Below, piece after piece: positions 8,845-17,451 of a stretch of 57,543 nt of DNA. The first letter of the stretch is position 1. Each line of letters begins with the position of its first letter. Both the position numbers and the translations under genes were made by a program. Source of the DNA: Solirubrobacteraceae bacterium (GTDB lineage: Bacteria > Actinomycetota > Thermoleophilia > Solirubrobacterales > Solirubrobacteraceae); assembly GCA_034664785.1 (NCBI GenBank), contig JAXDGY010000450.1, positions 1-57,543 on the forward strand, written 5' to 3'. Below the pieces are notes generated by a model. That model was not told the origin of the DNA and made no database searches. It saw nothing but the letters and a program-made list of their open reading frames with translations.

Positions 8845-10461
8845 CTACACCGCGGCGGGCGCGCGGGTCTGCGCCTTCGGCGCGGGCTTCCGGCCGCGGA
8901 TCAGGTCCGCGGCCTTCTCGGCGATCATGATCGTCGGCGCGTTCGTGTTCCCGCCGGTGATGACCGGCATCACCGAGGCGTCGACCACGCGGAGTGCGTC
9001 GACGCCGCGCACGCGCAGCTCGGGGTCGACCACGGCGGCGTCGTCGACGCCCATCCGGCAGGTCCCGACGGGGTGGTAGATGAGCATCAGGCGGCGGCGG
9101 ATGTCGGCCTCGAGGTCGGCGCGGTCCGTGACGGCGGGGCCCGGCTTGAGCTCGTGCAGGACGATCTCGGCGAGCGGCGCCTGCCGGGCGATCTCGCGTG
9201 CGAGCTCCATGCCCGCCACGAGCGAGGCGAGGTCGTCCGGCTCCGACAGGGTGTTGGTGAGGATCCGCGGCTTGTCGGTGGGATCCGACGAGCGCAGCCA
9301 GACCTTCCCGCGGGCCTGCGGCGAGACGAGCACGGGGGCGATGACGACGCAGTGGCCCTCGTAGGTCTCCGCGCCGTGGTCCTCGTAGTAGGCGGCGCCC
9401 ATGTGGTACTGGACGTCGGCGGCGGGCAGGCCGGGTCGCGTGCGCACGAAGGCGACGACCTCGGCGACGGTCGAGCTCAGCGGCCCGGAGCGGCGCAGCA
9501 GCCACTCGGCCATGTGCTTCGGCTTGTCCGCGCCGTACAGCGTGTTCTGGTCGGAGACCTCGTAGATGTTCGACAGGAACGGGTGGTCCTGCAGGTTGGC
9601 GCCGACGCCCGGCAGGGCGTGGCGCACGGGGACCCCGACCGCGCCGAGGTCCCCGGGCGCGCCGATCCCCGAGAGCTGCAGCAGCTGCGGCGAGCCGATC
9701 GCGCCGGCGGCCAGGATCACCTCGCGGTCCGCGCGGGCGACCCGCTCGCGGCCCAAGCGGTCGCGGTAGCGGACCCCCGTGGCGCGGGTGCCCTCGAGGT
9801 CGACGCCGCGGACGAGCACCCCGGTGCGCACCTCCAGGTTCGAGCGGTCCAGCGCCGGCCGCAGGAAGGCGTCGGCGGCGCTCCAGCGCCGCCCGTTGCG
9901 CTGGGTGACCTGGAACATGGACGCGCCGTCCTGCTCGGGCCCGTTGTAGTCGGCGGTGCGCGGGATGCCGGCTGCGACGCTGGCGTCGAGCAGGCGCTGG
10001 TCGAGCGGCCGCGGTGAGCGCTGCTCGTCCACGCGCAGCTCGCCGCCGGCGCCGTGGTACTCCGAGGCGCCGCGCGCGTTGTCCTCCGAGCGCAGGAAGT
10101 AGGGCAGGACGTCCTCCCAGTCCCAGCCCTCCGCGCCGGCCTTCGCCCAGGCGGCGTAGTCCAGCGGCCGCCCGCGGACGTAGAGCATCGCGTTCATCGA
10201 GCTCGAGCCGCCGAGGCTCTTGCCGCGGGGGATGTAGAGCTCGCGGTCGTCGACGTGCGGCTCGGGCTCGGTCATGTAGTCCCAGTCCAGCTTCGTGTGG
10301 AACTGGTTGGCGAAGGCCGCAGGGATCTTGATGTTCGGGCTGCGGTCCTTCCCGCCCGCCTCGAGCAGGAGCACCCGGACGGAGGGGTCCTCCGAGAGCC
10401 GGTTGGCGAGGACGCACCCGGCGGAGCCGGCGCCCACGATCACGTAGTCCGCGGTCGACAT
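8845..10461 (-). CDS. GMC-family FAD oxidoreductase (choline dehydrogenase-like)
   Basis: GAGSAG, RGKSLGGSSSMN, HPVGTC, GNTNAPTIMIAEK. Confidence 0.93.
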   Translation of the reverse strand: MSTADYVIVGAGSAGCVLANRLSEDPSVRVLLLEAGGKDRSPNIKIPAAFANQFHTKLDWDYMTEPEPHVDDRELYIPRGKSLGGSSSMNAMLYVRGRPLDYAAWAKAGAEGWDWEDVLPYFLRSEDNARGASEYHGAGGELRVDEQRSPRPLDQRLLDASVAAGIPRTADYNGPEQDGASMFQVTQRNGRRWSAADAFLRPALDRSNLEVRTGVLVRGVDLEGTRATGVRYRDRLGRERVARADREVILAAGAIGSPQLLQLSGIGAPGDLGAVGVPVRHALPGVGANLQDHPFLSNIYEVSDQNTLYGADKPKHMAEWLLRRSGPLSSTVAEVVAFVRTRPGLPAADVQYHMGAAYYEDHGAETYEGHCVVIAPVLVSPQARGKVWLRSSDPTDKPRILTNTLSEPDDLASLVAGMELAREIARQAPLAEIVLHELKPGPAVTDRADLEADIRRRLMLIYHPVGTCRMGVDDAAVVDPELRVRGVDALRVVDASVMPVITGGNTNAPTIMIAEKAADLIRGRKPAPKAQTRAPAAV

Positions 10462-10501
10462 GGCGCGAGTCTGCCCGAACGCGCCCTCGCTTGCAGCCCC
10501 T

Positions 10502-11512
10502 CTACGCCACGGCCGGCTGCCCCGCCACGCGCGCCGCCCCGATGCGCGCGAGCCTGGCGCGGTGGCGCCCGGAGCCGCCCAGCAGCGCGGCGTCGAGCTG
10601 GGCGCGCTTGTAGAGCCAGTGGACGTCGGCCTCCCAGGTGAACCCGATGCCGCCGTGGGCCTGGATCGCGCTCGCGGTGACGTCGCGCCCGCCGTCGGCC
10701 GCGGCGGCCGCGGCCAGCGCCGCGGCCTCGCCGAACCGCTCCGGGTCGGCGTCGGCGGCCCACGCCGCGTAGTAGCTCGCCGAGCGGGCGGTCTCGGTCC
10801 CGAACAGCATCTGCGCGCAGCGATGGCTGACGGCCTGGAAGGAGCCGACGGGCACGCCGAACTGCTTGCGGTCCTTGACGTAGGCCAGCGTCATGTCCAG
10901 CGCGCGCTGCGCGACGCCCACGACCTCCGCGGCGATCGCCGCGCGGACGCGGTCCGTCGCCGCGCCCGACGCCCCGTTGTCGCCGAGCGGCTCGCCCTCG
11001 CCCGCCACGCGGCCGAAGCGGCGGGTCGGGTCGATGGCCTCGAAGGGGGAGACGTCGGCGTCGGCACCCGCGAGGACCCGCGCGCCGTCGTCGGCGAGCA
11101 GCACGATCACGGCCGCGCCGTCGGCGTCGGCGGCCAGCTCCGGCGTCCCGATGCCCGCGGTCTGCTCCCCGGACGCCAGCCCCGGCAGGAAGCGCGCGCG
11201 CTGCTCGTCGGTCCCCGCCGCCTGGATGGCCGCGGCGGCCGCAGCGGTCGAGAGGAACGGCGTCGCCGCGCAGGCGTAGCCCAGCTCCTCGAGCAGCACG
11301 GCGAGCTCCACCGCGCCGAGGCCCTGCCCGCCGTGCTCCTCGGCCACGGCGATGCCGGGCCAGCCGAGCTCGCCGAGCTCGCGCCACAGCGCGGGGTCGT
11401 ACGCCCCGCCCTCCGCGGCCGAGCGCACGGCCTCCCACGGCGAGCGGGCCGCGAGCAGGTCACGGGCGGTCCGCTTGATCTCCTTCTGGTCCTCGGTCAG
11501 GTCGAAGTCCAC
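10502..11512 (-). CDS. Acyl-CoA dehydrogenase-family protein (short, probable non-catalytic partner subunit)
   Basis: RKQFGVPVGSFQAV, QAHGGIGFTWE; truncated middle domain. Confidence 0.88.
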   Translation of the reverse strand: MDFDLTEDQKEIKRTARDLLAARSPWEAVRSAAEGGAYDPALWRELGELGWPGIAVAEEHGGQGLGAVELAVLLEELGYACAATPFLSTAAAAAAIQAAGTDEQRARFLPGLASGEQTAGIGTPELAADADGAAVIVLLADDGARVLAGADADVSPFEAIDPTRRFGRVAGEGEPLGDNGASGAATDRVRAAIAAEVVGVAQRALDMTLAYVKDRKQFGVPVGSFQAVSHRCAQMLFGTETARSASYYAAWAADADPERFGEAAALAAAAAADGGRDVTASAIQAHGGIGFTWEADVHWLYKRAQLDAALLGGSGRHRARLARIGAARVAGQPAVA

Positions 11513-11522
11513 GTCAGCTCTC

Positions 11523-12665
11523 CTAGCGGGCCTTGGGGAGGCCGAGCACGCGCTCGGCCACGATGTTCTTGAGGATCTCGGTGGTGCCGCCCTCGATCGA
11601 GTTGCCGCGGGCGCGCAGCAGCTCGTAGGCCCACGGCGTCCCGGACTCGAGCGCGGCGGGGCCGAGCAGGTCGGCGGCGAACTGCGTGAGCTGCTGGTTG
11701 GCCTCCGACCACATCCACTTCGTCAGGGAGCCCTCCGGTCCGGGCTGGCCGTACTTCTCCGTGGCGGTCAGGCCCCGGTAGGCGGTCAGGCGGATGATCT
11801 CGGCCTTGAGGTGCAGCTCGCCGAGCTTGTCGGCGACGACGGGGTCGTCGAGCAGCCCGCGCGCGGACGCCTCGGCGAAGACGGCGTCGAGCAGCTGGCG
11901 CAGGCGGACCTGGAGGAAGAACCCGAGCCCGGCGCGCTCGTTCATGAGCGTGGTCAGCGCGACCTTCCAGCCGTTGCCCACGCCACCGAGCACGTTGGCG
12001 TCGGGGATGCGGGCCTCCTCGATGAACAGCTCGTTGAACTCGGCCTCGCCGGTGATCTGCCGCAGCGGGCGCACCTGCACGGCGTCCTGCTCCATGTCGA
12101 GGATGAAGTAGGTCAGGCCCTTGTGCTTGGGCGCCTCGCGGTCGGTGCGGGCGACGAGCATGCACCACTTGGAGTGCTGCGCGCCGGAGGTCCAGACCTT
12201 CTGCCCGGTGACGACCCAGTCGTCCCCGTCCTTGACCGCATGCGTCTTGAGCGCCGCCAGGTCGGACCCGGCCTCGGGCTCCGAGAAGCCCTGGCACCAG
12301 ATCTCCTCGGCCGTGACGATCGGGTTCAGGTAGCGGTCCTTCTGCTCCTGGGTGCCCCAGAACATGATGGTAGGACCCGCGAGCAGCAGCCCGAGGACGT
12401 TGGCGGCCAGCGGGGTCCCGGCGCGGCCGAGCTCCTCGAAGAAGATGGCGGACTCCGTCAGGCTCGCGCCACGACCGCCGTACTCCACGGGCCAGTGGAC
12501 GCTCGCCCAGCCGCCGTCGGCCAGCCGGCGCTGCCAGTCGCGCCGGAAGGCGTACTGCTCGTCCTCGCCCTCGGGAACGGGGCTGTCCGGGTCCCAGTTG
12601 GCCGCGAGCCAGGCCCGCAGCTCGTCGCGGAAGGCGATCTCCCGCTCGTTGAACGTCAGGTCCAT
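11523..12665 (-). CDS. Acyl-CoA dehydrogenase
   Basis: WCQGFSEPEAGSDLA, GQKVWTS, IEGGTTEILKN. Confidence 0.93.
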   Translation of the reverse strand: MDLTFNEREIAFRDELRAWLAANWDPDSPVPEGEDEQYAFRRDWQRRLADGGWASVHWPVEYGGRGASLTESAIFFEELGRAGTPLAANVLGLLLAGPTIMFWGTQEQKDRYLNPIVTAEEIWCQGFSEPEAGSDLAALKTHAVKDGDDWVVTGQKVWTSGAQHSKWCMLVARTDREAPKHKGLTYFILDMEQDAVQVRPLRQITGEAEFNELFIEEARIPDANVLGGVGNGWKVALTTLMNERAGLGFFLQVRLRQLLDAVFAEASARGLLDDPVVADKLGELHLKAEIIRLTAYRGLTATEKYGQPGPEGSLTKWMWSEANQQLTQFAADLLGPAALESGTPWAYELLRARGNSIEGGTTEILKNIVAERVLGLPKAR

Positions 12666-13258
12666 GTCTCCTCCTTCGTGACGAGCCGCACGGCGCAGCC
12701 CACCAGGGTGGTCTCCAGGGCAAGCGGGTCCTCGCCGGCGCGGACCGCGGCGCGGACGCTGTGGTGCACGCCGGCGCTGAGGACGAGCAGCGCCGCGTCA
12801 GGTGGCTTCGGGCGGCCCGAGCGGGCCAGGCTCGCGCCGTAGCGGCGCGCGAAGCGGGCGAAGGCGGCCTCGCGCTCCTCGCCGAGGCCTTCGAGGTCGA
12901 GCAGGAAGACGCGTGCGAAGCGCGGCTCGTCGGCCAGCGTGCGCAGGTAGGCGCGGATCCCGAGCCTGAGCTCCTCGCGCCAGTCCGACGCCTCGGCGAC
13001 GGCGTCGCGGACGCGGTCCTCGAGGACCTCGGTGCCGAGCCGGTAGGCGGCGGCCAGGCACGCTTCCTTGGACTCGAACAGGGCGTAGAAGGTGCCGCGG
13101 GAGACGCGCGCCAGGCGAACCGCGTCGGCGACCGTCGCGGCCTCGTAGCCCTTCTCGGCGACGGCCTGGACCATCGCCTCCAGGAGCTTGGCGCGCTGGG
13201 CGCTGCCCGCCAGGAGCGGCCCGACGTCCCGGTGCTGCGCGATGAGCGACGTCTCCAC
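12656..13258 (-). CDS. TetR-family transcriptional regulator
   Basis: HTH EKGYEAATVADAVRLARVSRGTFYALF; GTG start at 13258. Confidence 0.88.
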   Translation of the reverse strand: METSLIAQHRDVGPLLAGSAQRAKLLEAMVQAVAEKGYEAATVADAVRLARVSRGTFYALFESKEACLAAAYRLGTEVLEDRVRDAVAEASDWREELRLGIRAYLRTLADEPRFARVFLLDLEGLGEEREAAFARFARRYGASLARSGRPKPPDAALLVLSAGVHHSVRAAVRAGEDPLALETTLVGCAVRLVTKEETWT

Positions 13259-13358
13259 TGGCCAGCGACCGTACAGGTACACGTTGCGTACCCGCAAGGT
13301 ACGACCGGCACATCGGTAGCGTCCAGAAGCACAGCAGCCCCACGCATCGGAGGACGCC

Positions 13359-13988
13359 ATGGACATCGGGATCATCGGGTCGGGCCGCATCGGGGGGACG
13401 CTCGCGCGCGGGCTCACCGCCGCGGGGCACGATGTCGTGCTGGCCAACTCGCGCGGCCCCGAGTCGCTGGCCGGCGACGTCCTCGAGCTGCACGGGCGCG
13501 GGCGCGCCGGCACCGCCGCCGACGCTGCGGCCGCCCGCGACGTCGTCGTGGTGTCCGTGCCGCTGCACGCGATCGACGCGCTGCCCGACCCGGCCCTGTT
13601 CGACGGCAAGGTCGTCGTCGACACCAACAACTACTACGCCGGCCGCGACGGCCAGATCGCGGCGCTCGACGACGACTCCACCACGAGCAGCGAGCTGCTC
13701 GCCGACCGCCTGCCCGGCGCCCGCGTCGTCAAGGCGTTCAACACGATCCGGTCCGACCACCTGCGGGAGCTGGGGCGCACCGACCTGCCGGCCGACGACC
13801 GTCGCGCGATCCCGATCGCCGGCGACGACGCGGACGCCAAGGCAGTCGTCGCCGGGCTGATCGACGACCTCGGCTTCACCGCGGTCGATCACGGTGACGG
13901 CCTCTCGGCGGGGCGCGAGCAGCAGCCGGGGAGCGACGTCTACGGCGCCGAGCTGTCCGCCCGGGACGCCCGCGCGGCGCTGGCCTAG
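13359..13988 (+). CDS. NADPH-dependent F420 reductase-family oxidoreductase
   Basis: GIIGSGRIG, DTNNY, VVKAFNTI; SD GGAGG. Confidence 0.88.
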   Translation: MDIGIIGSGRIGGTLARGLTAAGHDVVLANSRGPESLAGDVLELHGRGRAGTAADAAAARDVVVVSVPLHAIDALPDPALFDGKVVVDTNNYYAGRDGQIAALDDDSTTSSELLADRLPGARVVKAFNTIRSDHLRELGRTDLPADDRRAIPIAGDDADAKAVVAGLIDDLGFTAVDHGDGLSAGREQQPGSDVYGAELSARDARAALA

Positions 13989-13998
13989 GAGGCCGCCG

Positions 13999-15072
13999 AT
14001 GAGCACTCGCGCCGGCGGCGTCCTGGACGCCCTCGAGCACCCGATCGTGCAGGCGCCCATGGGCGGCGGCCCGGGGACGCCCGCGCTGGCGGCGGCCGTC
14101 TGCGAGGCGGGCGGGCTCGGCTTCCTGTCGGCCGGCTACCAGGCCGTGGAGGCGGTCCGGGCCGACGTCGAGTCGCTGCGCGGGCGCACCGCGCGGCCGT
14201 TCGGCGTCAACCTCTTCGCCCCGCCGGGGGAGGCTGGGGACCCGGGTGCCGTGCGGCGGTATGCGGCCGCGCTCGGCGCCGAGGCCACGCGGGTCGGGGC
14301 CGCGGTGGGGGAGGCCCGCCACCACGACGACGGCTGGGACGAGAAGCTCGCGCTGGCCGCCGAGCTGCGGGTCCCCGTGGTCTCCACGACGTTCGGCTGC
14401 CCGTCCGCGGCCGTGGTGACCGACCTGCACGACGCGGGCTGCGAGGTGTGGGTGACGGTCACGACCCCCGGGGAGGCGGCGGCCGCGACGGCGGCGGGCG
14501 CCGACGCCCTCGTCGTGCAGGGCGTCGAGGCCGGCGGGCACCGGGGCTCCTTCGACGACGCGGCCTCCGGTGACCTCGGTCTCCTGGCGCTCCTCCAGCT
14601 CGTCGCGGCGCAAGGCGACCTGCCGCTCGTCGCCTCCGGCGGCCTGGCCACCGGGCGGGCCGTCGCCGCCGTGCTGGTCGCGGGCGCGCGGGCCGCGCAG
14701 CTCGGGACGGCGTTCATGCTGACCCCCGAGGCCGCGACCTCGGCCGCCCACCGGGCCGCGATCGCGTCTCCGGCGCCGACCGCGCTCACCCGGGCCTTCA
14801 CCGGCCGGACGGCGCGCGGGATCGTCAACCGCTTCCTCGCCGAGCACGACGCCGACGCGCCGTCGGCCTACCCCGAGGTCCACCACGTCACCGCGCCGCT
14901 GCGTGCCGCGGCTCGCGCGCGCGGCGACGCCGACGCCATCAACCTCTGGGCCGGCCAGGCGCATCCTCTGGCAGCCGAGGCCCCCGCGGGCGAGCTTGTG
15001 CGCCGCCTCTCGGCCGAGGCGCGCGAGGCGCTCGCGGCGGCGGCGGGCCGGCCGCCTGACGTCGCTGGTTAG
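13999..15072 (+). CDS. Nitronate monooxygenase family
   Basis: PIVQAPMGGG, QGVEAGGHRG, AQLGTAF, LWAGQ. Confidence 0.9.
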   Translation: MSTRAGGVLDALEHPIVQAPMGGGPGTPALAAAVCEAGGLGFLSAGYQAVEAVRADVESLRGRTARPFGVNLFAPPGEAGDPGAVRRYAAALGAEATRVGAAVGEARHHDDGWDEKLALAAELRVPVVSTTFGCPSAAVVTDLHDAGCEVWVTVTTPGEAAAATAAGADALVVQGVEAGGHRGSFDDAASGDLGLLALLQLVAAQGDLPLVASGGLATGRAVAAVLVAGARAAQLGTAFMLTPEAATSAAHRAAIASPAPTALTRAFTGRTARGIVNRFLAEHDADAPSAYPEVHHVTAPLRAAARARGDADAINLWAGQAHPLAAEAPAGELVRRLSAEAREALAAAAGRPPDVAG

Positions 15073-15836
15073 CCGGCGCGCGCGAGCGCTTGCTCGCGGC
15101 TGTCGTCCTCGTCCTCGTCGTCGTGCTCGCCGTCGCCCGGCGGGTCGCCGAGCAGGTACATGACGCCGTCGCGGCGCGCCAGGCGCCCGTCGCGCTCGAG
15201 GTGCTGCAGGCTGAGCGTGACGGACGGTCGCTGGGCCGCCACGAGGTCCGCCAGCAGCTCGTGGGTCAGGCGCAGCGGGAGCGCGACACCGTGCGGCGTG
15301 ACGCGGCCCCAGCGGTCGGCGAGGTGCCAGAGCAACAGCTCGAGGCGCTTGTCGACGCGCGCGTGGTGGGCGATCGCCATGTGCACGAGCACGTGGCGTG
15401 CCCGGGCGACCGCCCGCGCGGTGAGGCACGCGGCGAGCTCCGGGTAGGGCGCGGCGCGCTGCACGAAGCCATGGTCGAGCACGGCAGCGCGCAGCGGCTC
15501 CATCACGCGCCACGTCGTGGTGAAGGGGGTGTTCAGCGAGTCGCCGCCCTCGGTAGGAGTGGGGCGGATCAGGTCGCCGGGGCCGAGCAGCTCGGCGCCG
15601 TGGCGGCGCTGGCGCCCGACGCGGCGCACGACGACGCCGTCGAGGAGCAGGAGGCCGAAGCCGTGCTCGATGCCGTCGGCGTGTGCCGCGGCGTCCCAGG
15701 CGCCCGCCCGGACGGCGATCACCTCCGCGCGGCAGTCCCGCCTCGCCGCCGCGAGGCGCGGGCCTTCGAGCCCGCGGCCGAGGTCGGGGTCTTCCTGCAG
15801 GACTGGGACGATCTCCGAGGTCACGACAATTCTCAT
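15069..15836 (-). CDS. Crp/Fnr-family transcriptional regulator
   Basis: ELLGPGD cNMP-binding-like segment; LTHELLADLVAAQRPSVT HTH. Confidence 0.85.
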   Translation of the reverse strand: MRIVVTSEIVPVLQEDPDLGRGLEGPRLAAARRDCRAEVIAVRAGAWDAAAHADGIEHGFGLLLLDGVVVRRVGRQRRHGAELLGPGDLIRPTPTEGGDSLNTPFTTTWRVMEPLRAAVLDHGFVQRAAPYPELAACLTARAVARARHVLVHMAIAHHARVDKRLELLLWHLADRWGRVTPHGVALPLRLTHELLADLVAAQRPSVTLSLQHLERDGRLARRDGVMYLLGDPPGDGEHDDEDEDDSREQALARAG

Positions 15837-15907
15837 GTACCCGGCCCGAGGCGTGATAACGCGTCCCTGCCGCCCGGCGCCCGCCTGCCCTATCCTTCGG
15901 GACGCGC

Positions 15908-15981
15908 GGTGGGCGTAGCTCAGCTGGTAGAGCTCCTGGTTGTGGTCCAGGCGGTCGGGGGTTCGAGTCCCCTCGCTCACC
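15908..15981 (+). tRNA. tRNA-His (GUG) with encoded G-1; CCA not encoded
   Basis: Acceptor stem GTGGGCG/CGCTCAC, D-arm AGCTCAGCTGGTAGAGC, anticodon arm CCTGG-TTGTGGT-CCAGG, T-loop GTTCGAG, C73 discriminator. Confidence 0.97.
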
Positions 15982-15985
15982 CCTC

Positions 15986-16011
15986 GAAGAGCCCCGGTTC
16001 CGGGGCTTTTC
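15986..16011 (+). terminator. Rho-independent terminator after tRNA-His
   Basis: gaagagccccg-gttc-cggggcttttc stem followed by a T run. Confidence 0.75.
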
Positions 16012-16398
16012 GCGTTCTGGTGGGGTCGTTGCCCGGCGATGTGGCATCAATCGCTGCCGGACGGGCGCGGTCGCGCGTCCTCCTCGGCGATGAGCCACGG
16101 AGGATGAGCGTCGTGGGACGACGCTCACATGGCACCGGAGCGCTGCTCGTGCTCCGCGCCGGCGGCGGGCGCGAGGCTGGTACGGCCAGTGGCGCAGCGG
16201 CGGCGTGCTGGTCAAGGCGCCTGGGGGACAAACCTCGTGCCGGCTCGGCCGAGGGGCTGACCAGGGCCGGGCGGAGCGCGAGCTGCGCCGCCCATCGACG
16301 AGGTCAAGGTGCCTCTTGCCGCGATGGACGTCGCCGAGGGCCGGCCGCCGGCGTCGGCGCGTGGTGTGGCGGCCAGAGGCCGCCGCACCGCCCGGGGG

Positions 16399-17142
16399 CT
16401 AGGCCGTGGTCCGCCGGCGGGTGGCCACCGCGGCCCCTCCGGCCAGCAATCCGAGCGCGCCGACGATCAGCGCGACGATCGCCAGGCCCTTGTCCTGCTG
16501 CTTGACCACCGTACGGGTGGCCGGGGTCGCGGGCGTGGCGGTCGCCGCAGGCGCCGAGCTACCGCCGGCGACGCTTGCCGGCAGCTTGGCGGGCGGCCCG
16601 GCGTCTCCGCCGGTGACGTCGAGCACCGGCCCGCCGGAGGCCGTGATGTCGACCGTCGGCGCCGGCTTGTCGTCCGTCGGGCCGCCGATCCAGCGCACGA
16701 CATCGCCGTTGGAGTAGGTCTGCAGCGTCTTGAACGTCAGCACGTCGCCCTGCTTGGCCGCGGCGGGAACGCTGAGCGTGAGCGGGAAGTCGGCGAACTG
16801 CCCGGGCGGAATGCGCCCCCCGGTCCAGCTGGCCTCGGTCACTTCTGTGGTCACGGTCCCGTCGTCGGTCTTGATCGGCTTGGCGAGCTTCTTGGTCTTG
16901 GCGGCGAAGCGCCAGCCGGGCGGCGTGGCGCCGAGCGCGGACAGCACCCCGGTCGGGAGCTCGACGCGGACGCCGGTGGTGGCCGCGTTGTCCTCCTCGT
17001 TGGGAACGCGGATCTGCGTGGTGACGAACGAGCCGGCGGGGATGGCGTTGGGGTGCAGCGAGACGTGGGCGTCGGCGATAGGCACCGTCGCGGCGGCGAT
17101 ACCTGCTGCCGCAATGGTGGTGGCGGTGGTCCTGCGCAGCAT
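16399..17142 (-). CDS. ycnI: YcnI-family (DUF1775) copper-binding membrane protein
   Basis: Signal peptide ending ADA-H (N-terminal His), RVPNE, QTYSNGDVVRW, C-terminal TM anchor. Confidence 0.88.
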   Translation of the reverse strand: MLRRTTATTIAAAGIAAATVPIADAHVSLHPNAIPAGSFVTTQIRVPNEEDNAATTGVRVELPTGVLSALGATPPGWRFAAKTKKLAKPIKTDDGTVTTEVTEASWTGGRIPPGQFADFPLTLSVPAAAKQGDVLTFKTLQTYSNGDVVRWIGGPTDDKPAPTVDITASGGPVLDVTGGDAGPPAKLPASVAGGSSAPAATATPATPATRTVVKQQDKGLAIVALIVGALGLLAGGAAVATRRRTTA

Positions 17143-17208
17143 GGGCTGCTCCTCTGGATCGAAATGGCGGGAAGCGGTCGTGTGCCGCCCGCGGACGCGG
17201 GGCGGCGC

Positions 17209-17451
17209 TCATCCCGCCGGAGGCGCGCGCCCGGCGAGCTCCCACGCGAGCACCGGGCCGCGAAGCGCGGTCGCGCGTCCGCGCCTCCGGAGACGCGGCG
17301 CGGGCCACGCCCGCCGGCGTTGTCGCGCAGTCCTGCGCCTGACGAGCAGCTGCTCGCCGGGGTAGCGGCCGAGGGCCAGGCACCACAGCAGCGCGAGCGC
17401 CGGGGCGAGCGACAGCAGGCCCTGCAACAGGGCGTGAGCCTGGGGGCTCAC
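17209..17451 (-). CDS. 80-aa membrane peptide ending in RAPP; candidate ribosome-arrest leader
   Basis: GTGA-coupled to the copCD stop; TM segment, Arg-rich linker, C-terminal LAGRAPPAG; paralogous to 20124-20462. Confidence 0.7.
   Translation of the reverse strand: MSPQAHALLQGLLSLAPALALLWCLALGRYPGEQLLVRRRTARQRRRAWPAPRLRRRGRATALRGPVLAWELAGRAPPAG

Noticed and set aside
16012-16398. Possible ORF or sRNA between the tRNA and ycnI (hairpin TGAGCGTCGT-ggg-ACGACGCTCA at about 16105-16128)
   Set aside because: No convincing coding signal; a single hairpin is not enough evidence
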